64,000 bases of DNA from Octopus sinensis (GCF_006345805.1 NC_043015.1:42904001-42968000); one strand, 5' to 3'; positions 1 to 13,037 are shown, counted from the stretch's first letter. Notes: generated by a model from the sequence alone, not told the origin. Program-made: numbers and translations.

Positions 1-589
1 TTGAGATGGTAAATTTTGGAATGCTTATCGGAGTAAAAGCATAAAATTATTTGTGCTAAAGACAGATAAAGACAATTCCAAGTCGTAAATTCCCCTGTTC
101 GCGCATCACCGACTGTGAAAGAAATGCTCAAATTCTCAAGTTCTCAAATGCTTTAACGCATGACTAACAGCCCAACTGACTGCATGCCTGCCTGTCTGTC
201 TGTCTGTCTGTCTACCAGCTTAACTTATCTTTCTTACTAATTACATCATTAATAATCATTAACATTAATTACATCATCATATATATATATATATATGTAT
301 GTATGTATATGTCTTTTAATATATGAATAAGCTGCAATTATTTTATTATTGTATTCCATCGTCCCGTCCACCCCCTCTGCAGTGAAAGCATCCGATCTAA
401 CACCCTAGGATAAAGCTGCCTCATTGGCGTTACATGTGGGAGAGTGTGGAGAGAGGGAGTAAGAGAGAGTGTAAGAAAGAAAGAAAGAAATAGATTTTCA
501 TCCAGAAAAAACACCTTGTGAAAATTTTATAAACACTTTTTTTCTTCCAATCCAGGATAAATCTACTACTTCTTTCATTACAATTTTTT

Positions 590-643
590 TAGTTATATAC
601 ATATGTGATTATATATATATATATATATGTATTGCATGTATAT

Positions 644-677
<34 letters not shown>

Positions 678-1182
678 GGTTTTATATGTATATTGTATTT
701 ACTATCTATATTGTGTATTATATATACATGCATAGGCACACGTACATACATGCATGCATGTTCATATACATGTTGATATATACACATAGATATAAATATA
801 TATACATACACAAAACACCTATATCACACTTATATAAATATATATATCTTGATCATATATAAACATATATATTAAACATACATAAACAGATATATATATA
901 TATAAATTATATATATGTACACATATATACAATGTACATATATATGCAAATTGCAATATATAATATATTTTATATATATATGTTATATATATTATATTTT
1001 ATATATATATGTTATATATATTTTATATATTATATATATATATTTTATATATATATATATATATTTTATATATATTATATATATATATTATATATATATA
1101 TATTATATTTTATATATATATATATTTTATATAAATATATATTATATATATTATATTTTATATAAATATATATTATATATAT
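590..1182. repeat. (TA)n / AT-rich microsatellite field, probably in the NUDT3-like 3' UTR or flank
   Basis: Nearly pure TA/TAT repeats downstream (minus-strand sense) of the stop at 1353. Confidence 0.9.
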
Positions 1183-1352
1183 TTCAAAATAGTTTTTCCT
1201 TAAACTGGTCAGCAAAAACGTGGGAATTAGCCCCATTGAGACCCTGGTTGTTCAGTTTGTTTTTTTTTTGTTTTTGTTTTTTGTTTTATGTTTTTTTCTT
1301 CTTTTCATTGAAACTGCTGTCACCTTGCCTCTGCCATGGCGCTCAGGACCCT

Positions 1353-1465
1353 TCATGACACCTTGTCTTCTTTTTTCTCCAGAAGCTCTAGGTACGTCAC
1401 TTGCAGCGGCTGGTGTTGTAGTTTCTCTTTGGCCTCAGATAAACTGAACCATTCTCGTTTACGAC
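1353..1465 (-). CDS. NUDT3: Terminal coding exon of a diphosphoinositol polyphosphate phosphohydrolase (DIPP, NUDT3/NUDT4/Aps-like Nudix hydrolase)
   Basis: Minus strand reads ttttcttttcttgcag|GT CGT AAA CGA GAA TGG TTC..., giving (G)RKREWFSLSEAKEKLQHQPLQVTYLELLEKKEDKVS*. GRKREWF followed by the helix/QxxY segment matches the DIPP C-terminus. The phase-1 acceptor fits the donor of the exon at 42059-42143. The symbol marks the family; the exact paralog is unresolved. Confidence 0.9.
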
Positions 1466-1484
1466 CTGCAAGAAAAGAAAACGA

Positions 1485-1520
<36 letters not shown>

Positions 1521-1680
1521 TAATAATAATAATGATAGCAAAGAAAGAACATGTCTGATAATTGACAAAGCATAACCAATAAACAAGTGTCACCTTAGTC
1601 TAGTGGTTGTGGACAGCTGATACCTCCCATCATATCCAGCAAAATAAGTTGAGTTTTTGCCACATAATAATAATAATAAT

Positions 1681-1860
1681 AAATACATAACAAATACACC
1701 AGGACTTACAAATACATATAACATACAGAAAATTGCACTACTAGGCACTGCACACATCCTATGCAGAACACTTTCCATACAGTAACAAATCACAGCACAT
1801 ACCCAAGGCACACAGAGCTGCGCTCGGTAGTGAAGTGAAAGCACGCTATAAAAAGAAAAA
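1681..1860 (+). mobile_element. 3' end of an R4/Dong-like restriction-endonuclease LINE (5'-truncated)
   Basis: Frame from 1681 reads KYITNTPGLTNTYNIQKIALLGTAHILCRTLSIQ*, resembling the R4-clade C-terminal QKxALLGTAxILR motif. A short 3' UTR follows, and (TAA)n lies on both sides. Confidence 0.7.
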
Positions 1861-1897
1861 TAATAATAATAATAATATTGGTATAAATAATAATAAT

Positions 1898-2700
1898 AAT
1901 ATTGGTATAAAAGATGGGCTACAGCAAATATTCTGCTCAATACCACAGATTTGATTGTAAGTTGTTTGACCTTAACCAGTTGAGCGTGTCCCTTAGTGGC
2001 TGATGATATGTGCATCTCTGATCACGAGCAGAAGTAGTGGGGGAGCATCATAGCTGTGTGTTGACAGGGATTCTTTGGGGTTTGAATAATTCACCTTTGG
2101 AAACATGGGTGGTTCGTTCAACATCCTTAAACAACCCTTATTCAGGGACCTTTTGAGCGGGATGGGCTACTTGACATGAACAAGATTCTAAATGGGTCCC
2201 CACCTGCAAGGTCATGCGCTGTTTATCTTGATATGAGATCACCATGTCGTTATGATGCCTATGCCGGGTGTACCCTTATCAGACAGGTCGTCATGATATG
2301 TATACTGTTATATATAAGGAATTTGTTTTTTCTTTTTCATGTTATTCTTCTTCGTTGTTGCTGTGGTTGGCTTTCTGTGATGGTGGTAGCGGTACTGGTA
2401 CTTATGTTTTGACATGTTTTTTCTTTTATGTTTTTGTCAATGTTGCTGTTGTTACCGTTGATTCTGCTGCTACTATCGCATTTCATCTTTGTTATATTCC
2501 AACTGGGCCCCACCTGCAAGGTCATGCGCTGTTTATGTTGATATGAGATCACCATGTTGTGCACATATGGTTGTGATGCACGTGCCTGGTGTACCCATAT
2601 GAGACGGGTAGTCATGATGGGTATACTGGGCTTCGTATATTTTACCCCAGGGTCACTTTGATGGCACGCACTGCTCTTCACTCAATAATAATAATAATAA
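1898..2700 (+). mobile_element. Dispersed retroposon family 'E' (ttggtataaaagatgggctacagc...ctctcactc(AAT)n), with a partial internal duplication and an interrupting segment
   Basis: The same sequence recurs at 21755-22205 (minus) and 30870-31395 (plus). The block 'ccccacctgcaaggtcatgcgctgttt' occurs at ~2197 and ~2507. Ends in (AAT)n. Confidence 0.8.
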
Positions 2701-2734
2701 AAAAAAGAATTATGGTTTTAAATTTTGGAAGTTG

Positions 2735-2828
2735 ACCTAAGTGGAATTTGAACTCAGAACATAAAGACGGGCGAAATACCACTAAGCATTTCGCCTGCTG
2801 TGCTAATGATTCTGCCAGCTTGCCACCT
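2735..2828 (-). mobile_element. SINE family 'D' 5' (tRNA-like) fragment
   Basis: Reverse complement ggtggcaagctggcagaatcattagc...ttctgagttcaaattcc, shared with many copies in the window. Confidence 0.75.
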
Positions 2829-3007
2829 TACAAATTTTAAATAATAATGGTGTCAAATTTTGGCGCAGGGCCAATAGTTTTTGAGGGGAGAATTAAGCCA
2901 TTGTTGCATAGGCCTAGCAAACAACCAACAACACTTCAGAGTATTTAAGATGGATTATGGGTAATGAAATAGAAATAAATGAACAAATGAAACAGTAAAT
3001 AAATATA

Positions 3008-3423
3008 GGCGCAGGAGTGGCTGTGTGGTAAGCAGCTTGCTTATGAACCACATGGTTCCGGGTTCAGTCCCACTGCGTGGCACCCTGGACAAGTGTCTTC
3101 TACTATAGCCTCGGGCCGACCAAAGCCTTGTGACTGGATTTGGTAGACGGAAACTGAAAGAAGCCCGTCGTATATATGTATATATATATGTGTGTGTGTA
3201 TGTTTTTGTGTGTCTGTGTTTGTCCCCCTAGCATTGCTTGACAACCGATGCTGGTGTGTTTATGTCTCCGTCACTTAGCAGTTCGGCAAAAGGGGCCGAT
3301 AGAATAACTGCTGGGCTTACGAAAGAATAAGTCCCGGGGTCGATTTGCTCGACTAAAGGCGGTGCTCCAGCATGGCCGCAGTCAAAATGACTGAAACAAG
3401 TAAAAGAGAGTAAAGAGAGTAAA
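3008..3423 (+). mobile_element. Full-length tRNA-derived SINE family 'A' (CORE-like middle, internal TA/TG microsatellite)
   Basis: Box A-like tggctgtgtggt and box B-like ggttcagtccc, then cac(c/t)ttgggcaagtg (CORE-like) and a tail ending gaaacaagtaaaagag. About 20 copies or fragments in the window. Confidence 0.9.
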
Positions 3424-4186
3424 TATAAACAGGGAAAAAACAAATAAAAAAAAGAAAGCAACTACAACAACAAAACAAATAAAAAAAAAAACAACCCCAT
3501 CCCCTCCATACATTGATGAAGGACAACCGTAACCGAAACAGCTGTTCATTTGAAGTGAACCAAATCACTAGTCTTTCCTGATTCCAAGCGGTGAGGTGGG
3601 TTTTGTTTTATTAGAAAATAGGATAATAGAGAATGTAGCAGCAGCAGCCAGTAATTTCTTTTTTGAGAAATGAGGGAATCAGCTAATTAATGTTTCGGAA
3701 TTAATTGGGTTTTCAAATGCAACTCTAAAACAGCTTTTCTTAACTGGGAGAGATGGAAGTGTAATAACGATGTTATAATTAACTAACGAAGCAGGTTTTT
3801 AAGAGAGCCGTGAGGATGTATGATGATGGAGAGATGGGGCAGGGAGAGCGAGGAGAGAGAGGATGAGGGGGAGAAGAGAGAAAGAGGAGGAGAGAGAAGG
3901 AGAAAAAAGAAACACAGATATTTATATGGAGTTTTCTACGCCGTCATTCAGTGTCCATTTTTCCATTCTCGCATGGGTCAGAATGGGTGGTCAGACAGAA
4001 TTTGACAAAGTAGATTTTTTTATGGCTAAAATGCCCTTCCTGTTGCTAACCCTCAACAAACCTTTGGTTAGTCTGGCGTCTATAGTAGAAGATACATGCC
4101 CAAGGTACTGTTCAGTGAGACTGAACCTGAGGCTTCCTGATTGAGAAGTAACCATCTTAACCACACCTTCCTACCTATATATATAT

Positions 4187-4316
4187 ATCTGTAAATATAA
4201 TATGTGACAATTATTCATTAGCCATGATAAAACTAAGTTTCTGATGTCCGCCCCGACATCAGAAACTCGAAGTTTTATCATGGCTACTGAATTATTGTCA
4301 CATTATATTTACAGAT
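4187..4316. repeat. Long near-perfect palindrome (~62-bp arms, 6-nt loop)
   Basis: atctgtaaatataatatgtgacaattattcattagccatgataaaac...gtttctgatgtc [cgcccc] gacatcagaaac...gttttatcatggctactgaattattgtcacattatatttacagat. Confidence 0.9.
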
Positions 4317-4429
4317 AAATTCCTCTATTTACATAATGTCGAGGTCTCTTTTATTCTTTTGTTGTCTTACCATTTCTATCAATATATATATATATATATG
4401 TGTGTGTATGATCGCTAAATCCTCAAATT

Positions 4430-4496
4430 TTTTATTCTCTCTCTGTTTATTTCCTTGTGTTCTTTTCTGTTGAAGAGCTTAGGCTCAAAACGTTAG
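4430..4496 (+). ncRNA. Degenerate hammerhead-like motif in a Penelope-like repeat fragment
   Basis: tcttttCTGTTGAaGAGCttagGCTCAAAAcgtt: core mutated relative to CTGANGA...GAAA. A related fragment lies at ~13330. Confidence 0.4.
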
Positions 4497-4506
4497 GGTG
4501 CCCCTA

Positions 4507-5640
4507 TAATAATAATAATAAACATTGTGTACAGTGCTCAGGTGCACTACAACTCATCTAAAGTGCATATATAATCAGGTGTAGTTTCGACGGATTTCGG
4601 AAAGCATGAGGGCCTTAAAGGATGCAGTGTCATGGCAGTCAACAACTGACGCAGGCAGTTTATTCCATGCTTCAGCAACTCTGAGCGTGAAGAAATGTTT
4701 CCGAAAGTCATGGGAGCTGTGTTGTTTTCTGACTTTGTAGGCATGTCCACGTGTGTTAGACACATGGAGATCAAAAAGGTGTTCAGTGTTGTTATTGGTG
4801 AGGTGGTTGACAACTTTGTGGGCGTTTACCAAGTCCGTCGCAAGATGCCGGAGCTTCAGTGAATCCATGCCCAGGGAAACAAGGCGCTCAGAATATGGTA
4901 GGTGTCTGATGGAGGGTATGCGTTTGGTTGCACGTCTCTGAACAGATTCCAGGAGATCAATGTTCTGAGCAAGATAGGGGTTCCAAACTGATGATGCGAA
5001 TTCCAAGTGTGGTCGTACCATCGCTGTATACAGTTTTAAATAGATGGCTGGAGAGCGGCTAACAAAAGTCTTGCTGAGTGATGCCAAGACACACTCGGCC
5101 TTCTTGACAATTTTAGAGATATGCTTTGTCCAACGCAAATCACTGCTGACAGTGATGCCTAGGTCACACTCGCAAAGGATTTCTTGATATCAGTGTTGTG
5201 GAGGGAGTATGTGGACGCAGGGTTTTTTCTCCCAAAATGCATGGTGGTACACTTGTCCACAGCCAGTTTCAGTTGCCAGTCTGTGATCCATTGCTGCATT
5301 GTGTCCAGGTCTGATTGCAGGAAAGAGCTGTAGACAACATGATCTGTCCTTGATTTCAAGGTACAGCTTGATGTCGTCTGCATATTTTAATACTGTGGCA
5401 TTCTTTAAATTTGCATCTCTGTCATTAATGTATGCCACAAACAAGAGGGGACCAAGGACAGATCCCTGTGGTACACCCGATGACATCTCATATGGTGTAG
5501 AATGCTGTCCTAGAACTGTGACTACCTCCTTTCGGTTGAGAATGAAGGATTTCAACCAGTTAAAAAGGTCATCCCTCACACCCATTGCAGGGAGTTTCAC
5601 CATAAGCCTTTCGTGTGGCACAGAGTTGAAAGCCTTAGCA
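4507..5640 (-). mobile_element. 5'-truncated, frameshifted CR1-clade LINE (reverse transcriptase C-half, 3' UTR, (ATT)n tail)
   Basis: Three overlapping ORFs carry AKAFNSVPH, SGVPQGSVLGPLLF, YADD, LYTAMVRPHLEFASSVWNP, LESVQRRATK, TRGH and RKHFFTLRVAEAWNKLP, typical of CR1/L2-group RTs. Simple-repeat tail at ~4507-4520. Confidence 0.93.
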
Positions 5641-5944
5641 AGGCTTTCAACTCTGTGGGGGCACACATACTTTGGTTATATATAATGCTTTGTTGAATAA
5701 ATGCACTCGTTTCAGTGATAATTATTTGTGTTTATAATGTGTCCCAATTACTATGAGACACCCTGTACACTAATGTAGGTTTTGAAGATATGTGTATGTC
5801 TATACTTATTATATAATGTTTATTCATTTTTTGTTTTTATTTTGTGATCTAGATATACGTTTTATAATATATTTTACTTTTTCTATAAGATATGGTTTAT
5901 GTCTATCATTGGTTGAATTACATAATAGTGGTTTTTCTCTAAAT

Positions 5945-5946
5945 CA

Positions 5947-6016
<70 letters not shown>

Positions 6017-6035
6017 GTATGTGTGTGTATATATC

Positions 6036-6078
<43 letters not shown>

Positions 6079-6105
6079 GTGTGTATATATCTATCTATAT
6101 ATATA
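5945..6105. repeat. (TA)n/(TG)n microsatellite
   Basis: Direct inspection. Confidence 0.9.
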
Positions 6106-6358
6106 ATAGAAATATGTTTCAAAAAGAAAATAGAAACTACACATGGAAAAGATATGGGCAAAGTCAGAAGAAAAAAACGAAAATGCACATTGAATATATA
6201 AAAAATAAAGGCTTTTTTATGAAAAGTAGTGATAAATAAATACAATTTGATGAACTGAGGTTTATCACTACTTTTCATAAAAAAAGCCTTTATTTTTTTG
6301 ATATTCAAAATGCATTTTTGCTTATTTTCTTCTGACTTTCCCCAAATATATATATATA

Positions 6359-6536
6359 CTCTTTACTCTGTTACTTGTTTCAGTCATTTGACTTTGGCCA
6401 TGCTGGAGCACCGCCTTTAGTCGAGCAAATCGACCCCGGGACTTATTCTTTTGTAAGCCCAGTACTTGTTCTATCGGCCTCTTTTGCCGAACCACTAAGT
6501 TACAGGGACGTAAACACACCAGCATCAGTTGTCAAT
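6359..6536 (-). mobile_element. SINE A, 3' half
   Basis: Reverse complement of the 3240-3420 segment. Confidence 0.85.
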
Positions 6537-6594
6537 CGTTGTCAAGGTTAAGGCTGCCCCTGTGGGACTTAAGGTTCTCCTTGTTTTGACATAC

Positions 6595-6842
6595 CATGAC
6601 AGCTGTAAACGATTGTCACTGTCATACAAGCAGTGTCGTTCATTTCTGCAATCCTGAGGGAACATGTCTGGCCATGTGAGGCATTATATTACCAGGTGTG
6701 TAATATAAGGTAAGGGTCGGCGACAGGAAGAGCGTCCAGCCATAGAAAAAATCAGCCGCAATAAATTCCGCCAAACCCATGCAAGCACGGAACACTGGAC
6801 AATAAAACGACTATGATGACGACGACAATGATGATGGTGATG
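6595..6842 (+). mobile_element. RTE-tail-related repeat variant ('B2') ending in (GAT/GAC)n
   Basis: ggtcggcgacaggaagagcgtccagccatagaaa...acccatgcaagcacggaa...gatgatg. Reverse-strand relatives at ~3940-4055, 17810-17965, 44290-44520, 54910-55090 and 62000-62100. Confidence 0.65.
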
Positions 6843-7199
6843 TCTATGTCTTCATATACAATGCCGAGCGGACACAAAGCCAAATTAAATACTGGCATGA
6901 TTCAAAGTCTGACCGTATGGGCAGACGGTATGAGGGTGGTGTGTGTGCGTGGTGGTGGCGATGGTGTTGGTGGTGGTGGGGGAATGTGACTTGACAAAGC
7001 AAGGCATTCAGTGCTGTGCCACCACAGCATAGCTGTGGCCACTTGGCTGCTGTCTTTCTACAATGAAAAACCTCTTGCAACAAATTACAACAATAACCAC
7101 TGCTACTACTACAACTACTACTACTGCTACTGCTATTTCTTCTTACCGAGCGCTGTGTGGAGATGTCGGGTGATCTTTCCAATCAATATCACATGCATT

Positions 7200-8262
7200 T
7201 CTTTTCTCTCTCAATCACTTCGGCATTCTCTCTCTCTGTCTCTCTCTCTGTACTTCTCACACACCTTACCTCTCTCTCTCTGTCTTTCCATTTCTCTACT
7301 TCTCTCTCTGTCTCTTACATCTTTCTGTTTGACTACCTCTCTCTGTGTCTCTCTTCCGCTCTCTCTCTCTCTATCTTGCTACTTCTCTGTCTCTCTCTGT
7401 TTCTTTACCTCTTTGTCAGCCTTGTTATCTCTCTCTCTCTCTCTCCTTTCCTTTATTTTCTTCCTAACTACCTCTCACCCTTTTATCTCTCTCTCCCTAT
7501 CTCTCTGTCTTGTTCTCCCTCTCTCTCTCTCTCTGTCTCTCTACTTCTCTTTGTCTGCCTTGTTATCTCTCTCTCTCCCTTTCCCTTACTTTCTTCCAAA
7601 CTACCTCTCACCCTTTTATCTCTCACTCTCTCTCTTTTCTCAGACTATCCCTCTCTTATCCAACTTTCTTTGTTTCTCTGTATGTCTTTCTTTCTCTCTC
7701 ACATCTCACTAACTCTTATTTTCTTCCCATTCTTTTTTCCTTCTCTCTAACCGTCAGTCATTTCACACTATTACCTTATATTTATCCTTCTCTCTCTCTC
7801 TCTCTCTCTCAAACTCTCACTCTCTTATTTCAAACTATTCCTCTCTCTCTCTCTCACATTCATCTCAAACTAACCCTCCCTAATTTTCACTGATACTGTC
7901 AGTTTCTCTCTCTCTCTGTCTTTATCCTCTTCACTCTATATATTTATATCTTTCTCCCACTAGCACATTCTCTGTCTATCTATCTATTTGTGTGTCTGTC
8001 TATGTATCTATCTATTTGTGTCTGTCTGTCTATCTACCTATCAGTGTCTGTCTGTCTGTCTCTATGCCTTTCTATATATCTATCTGTATGTCTGTGTGTC
8101 TATCTATCTATATCTATCTCTTTATCTATATGTTTGTCTCTTTATCTATCTATCTATCTATCTATCTGTCTGTCTGTCTGTCTCTATCTATCTATCTGTC
8201 TGTCTGTGTGTCTATTATCTATCTATCTACCTATCTGTCTGTCTGTGTGTCTATCTATCTAC

Positions 8263-8296
<34 letters not shown>

Positions 8297-9857
8297 GTCT
8301 TTCTGTGTGTCTATCTATATCTATCTCTTTATCTATCTGTTTGTCTCTTTATCTATCTATCTGTCTGTCTGTCTGTCTCTATCTATCTGTCTGTCTGTGT
8401 GTCTATTTATCTATCTACCTATCTAACTGTCTGTCTGTCTAACTATCTGTCTGTCTTTGTGTCTATCTATCTATCTATATATCTGTCTTTCTGTGTGTCT
8501 ATCTATCTATATCTATCTCTTTATCTATCTGTCTCTTTATCTATCTACCTGTCTGTGTGTGTCTCTGTGTACCTATCTGTTTGTGTCTGTCTATCTACCT
8601 ACATCCAGTAAATCAAACAGAACAGGGACACTTGTCGTTTGGAGACAAGATTATCCTAAGAAACATCTGTAAACAAACTAGACAAAAGCACTGCAGTGAG
8701 CACATCTGACACACGTCCTCACTGGCGACATAGTGCACACGCATGTGTGTGTGTGCATGTCTGTGTGTATGCGCATGTGTGAATGTGTACGTCTGTATCT
8801 GTGTGTGTGAGCGTGTGTCTGTGTACATGCATAGGTGTGTGTGTGTGTGTGCCTGAGTGCTTTTGCGTATATGTATGTGTGCTCTACAAGTATAATCGTG
8901 AGATGTCTGCAGATGCACCACACAAGTGCACGTGCGCATTTTGTGCATGCACATATGTCGGTGTGTGTATATGCATATATCTGTGCTTTGTGTATACCTA
9001 TGTGTTATGTGTATAGCTGGATGGTGTGTGCTCTTTGAGATGCACGTGTATGTGCATGATCTGCAGGTATGCGTGCAATGCAGTTATATGCATGTGACAT
9101 GCATGTGAGTGGGAGTGTGCATGTCAATGTATGCATGCGAGTGCAGTGTATGTAAGTGCACATGGTTTCTGGTGTGTGTGTGTGTGTGTGTGTATGTGTG
9201 TACATGATTTTGTTTTGTGTTTTGTATGTGTGTGTGCATATTGTGTGTATGTGTATGTGTGTGTGTCTGCATGTGTTTTGTCTGTGTGTGTGTGTGTGTG
9301 TTTTGTATGTATGTGTGTGTGCGTATGGGTTGTGTGTGTGTGTGTGTGTGTGTGAGTAATATTTCACTAATATATGTGTGCATGTTTGTGGTATGAGGAA
9401 TAGACAGAGAGAGTGTATGTATATGTATGAATGAGAAATATGTACATTGCATGTAGTCTGTATACGTATGTAGAGAGTGTGTATGTGCAACGTGTCACTT
9501 GTCTGTGCATGCACATGCAGCACACGAGTGAGTTTAAGTGTGTGCATATGGGGTTTGTGTATATGTCTGGGTTATGTGTTCTTGTGTGCGATACAAGCAT
9601 GTATGTATATGTGTTATGTGTCTACATGCATTGTGTGTGTAACACAAACATGTGTGGTGTGGGCATGGTGCATGCAAAGCTGTGATCAATGCACGTAACA
9701 TGCATGCATGCATATGCACGTAAACTCACTGACACACACACACACACACACAATAGGTGTGTGTACATCAGTGCAAACCTGTAATGTATGCATAAGCAGT
9801 AATCTAATGTATGTACACTAATACATAGATACTTATAGATGTAATCATACACACACG

Positions 9858-9900
<43 letters not shown>
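7200..9900. repeat. Compound microsatellite tract: (CT)n, then (CTAT/CTGT)n, then degenerate (TG)n
   Basis: Direct inspection. It accounts for the S/L-, Y/L/S/I- and V/C-rich ORFs here. Confidence 0.9.
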
Positions 9901-9903
<3 letters not shown>

Positions 9904-9913
9904 TGCATATATA

Positions 9914-10278
9914 TTCTTTTATTTGTTTCAGTCATTTGGCTGCAGCCATGCTGGAGCACCACCTTTAGTCTAACAAATCGACCCCAGGACTTATTCTTTG
10001 TAAGCCTAGTACTTATTCTATCGGTCTCTTTTGACAAACCGCTAAGTTATGGGGATGTAAACACACCAACATTGGTTGTCAAGCGATAGTGGGGGGAGAC
10101 GAACACAGAAACACTAACATACACACAGACATACATACATACATACATTTACATATATATAATGCGATGGGCTTCTTTCAGTTTCCGTCTACCACAAGGC
10201 TTCGATTAGCCTGAAGCTATGGCAGAAAACACTTGCCTCAGGTGCTACACAGTGGGGCTGAAGCCACTCCTGCACCTA
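9914..10278 (-). mobile_element. SINE A copy with internal deletions
   Basis: Contains both the tail (cttttatttgtttcagtcatttg) and the head (agccactcctgcacctata) in reverse orientation. Confidence 0.85.
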
Positions 10279-11989
10279 TATATACATTATATATATATAC
10301 ACACACACATACATATGTACATACACACACACCACTTCACACCAACAAACAAATACACAAATAAAGACACATTTACATAAATACATATGTACACACACAC
10401 TTACATGTATACACACACACACACATATATACACATATTTATACACATATTTATATACATATTTATATACATATTTATATACATTTATATACGCACACAT
10501 TTATATACATTTATATACGCACACATTTATATACCTATTTATATACATTTATATACACAAATTTATACACATTTATATACACACACATTTAGATACATAG
10601 CTAACCAGACGTGTACCTAAATATTGCAGGCTTCTCTATGCATGTGTGCATGTATGGAGAACTGCAATGTGCACATATGCACACATCCTTAGCTCTACAT
10701 GCCTCATATACATACACAGTGCAAATGACTATTATAGACACACACACACAATCTACATGTATGTCTGTACCATTCAAGTATGAAGAAAGCCTTGTGATGT
10801 GTCATTGTAAACAATTTTGTTGATGCAACTTGCACCGACAACTCCAGGCATAAAAACAACAGCAATGAGGGGGAGCCTCCTAAAAGTCACTCAGTCTGCT
10901 AGAAATAGCAGTCAAATTGCCTCAAATCACACCCAGACTAATTTAATCGTCTTTTTAATCCTTTTTTTTTTATATTCTTACCATATTTCTGTTGGAATAT
11001 ACCGACTTTGTTTTGATTAGTTTTAAAAGCTATGACAAATTTCCGAAAACAACTGTTGTTATTAAACTGGCGTTTGCAAACATAAATTAGCGTGTTATTT
11101 TGGAGGAAGATTTTAATTCGGATTGCTTTAAAACCAGAGGTTTGTTTCACAGAGCTGGGGTTGGCATCAAAAGGGTTAAAAGAAAGGGCATATCAAAAAG
11201 GTTAAAGGAAAGGGCATGTTTGACAATACAGTTAGTTGCTCTTCAAACTTTACATTTTAAAACTATTAACCCTTTTCAATGCTCTTCCTCTGCAATAGTT
11301 CAGCAAAATTATATTCACATCTACATACCTATCTGTGCAACTAGCTGTCTGTCTGTGTCAGCCTATCTATCTGTCTGTCTATCTACATACCTATCTATGT
11401 GTCTGTCTGTCTTTCAATCTATCTATCTATCTCTGTATTTATTTTTCTCTCTATCTATCTACTTATCTCTATCTATCTATTTATTTCTGTCTGTCTTTAT
11501 TTGTCTCTCTCTGTATCTATTTATTTCTGTCTGTCTTTATTTGTCTCTCTCTGTATCTATCTATGTATTATCTCTCTTTCACTCTCTATCTATCTGTCTG
11601 CCTGTCTATTTATTCCTCTCTCTCTAGTTATTTATCTATCTATCTATCTGTCTGTCTTTATTTCTCTCTCTCTCTCTCTCTCTCTGTATTATCTCTCTTT
11701 CACTCTCTATCTATCTATTTATCAATCCCATGGTCGTTTATTACTGAAAGGGGTTCTATACCCTTTACTCCATATATATATATTCTTTTATTTGCTTCAG
11801 TACCCGAAATTCAAAGGGCCAGCCTAGTCACATTCAGCACATCACATTGAATTTCCCTGAGAACTATGTTAAGGGTATATGTGTCTGTGGAGTACTCAGC
11901 CACTTGCATGTTAATATTCCAAGCAGGCTTGTTCCGTTGATTGGACCAGCAGAAACTCTTGGCATTGTAACTGGTGGCATGTCACGTAA

Positions 11990-12192
11990 GAGTGCCACTG
12001 CAGTGTCGCATAAGAGCATCCAACATACTCTGTGGAGTGGTTGGTGTTAGGAAGGGCATCCGGCCGTAGAAAACACGTCAAAGAAGACCGTGGAGGCTGG
12101 CGCAGTCCCTGCCAGGCTTACCAGCTCTGGTCACACCGTCCAACTCAGGCTGGCATAGGCAACAGACGTTAAGTGATGATGATGATGATGAT
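11990..12192 (+). mobile_element. RTE 3'-UTR-derived repeat 'B' with (GAT)n tail
   Basis: gagtggttggtgttaggaagggcatccggccgtagaaa...gacgttaagtgatgatgat. Confidence 0.75.
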
Positions 12193-12194
12193 AC

Positions 12195-12725
12195 ATGCAT
12201 GCACACCTAGAACAGATACAGACACACACATACACACACAAAGAGACAGACAGACACACACACATACACACAGAGACAGACAGACAGACAGACACACACA
12301 CATACACACAGAGACAGACAGACAGACACATACACATACACACAAAGAAACAGACAGACAGACACATACACACACACATACACACAAAGAGACAGACAGA
12401 CACACATACACACAAAGAGACAGACAGACATACACACACACACATACACACAGAGACAGGCAGACACAGACACACACACACATACACACAGAGACAGGCA
12501 GACAGACACACACACATACACACAAAGAGACAGGTAGACAGACACACACACACACAGACAGACAGGCAGACAGACAAACACACACACACAAGAAGACAGA
12601 CAGACAGACACACGCACATAGAAAGAGACACACATGGAGGGAGACACACACACACACAAGAAGACAGAGAGACAGACACACACAGATAGAAAGAGACAGC
12701 CAGACAGGCACACACACACACACAT
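12195..12725. repeat. (CA)n/(GACA)n compound microsatellite
   Basis: Direct inspection. Confidence 0.9.
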
Positions 12726-12875
12726 TGAAGTCATGACTCCGAACAGCACAACAGTTGCAGTGGTTGTGTTTATTGATTGCAAATCTGGAAAAGCCCACAA
12801 ATGTCGATGATGTCAGCAAAAATAATAACACTTTGGTTCATAATTCTACATGCAGAAAATTTGTATGATTGTCTT

Positions 12876-13037
12876 AGGCACAGGTGTGGCTGTGTGGTAA
12901 GAAGTCTGCTTCCTTACCTCAGGGTTCCAGGTTCAGTCACACTGCATGACACCTTGGGCAAGTGTCTTCTACTATAGTTTCAGGCCAACTAAAGCCTTGT
13001 GAGTAGGTTTGGTAGATGGAAACTGAATGAAGCCCCT

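Noticed and set aside
3008-3085. tRNA gene (also the heads at 26593, 45299, 51821, 63480)
   Set aside because: Box A/B-like motifs continue into SINE bodies present in many copies, and I could not build a convincing cloverleaf.
5730-5768. Tc1/mariner-like TIR end (gagacaccctgta)
   Set aside because: No matching partner terminus nearby; too short to call an element.
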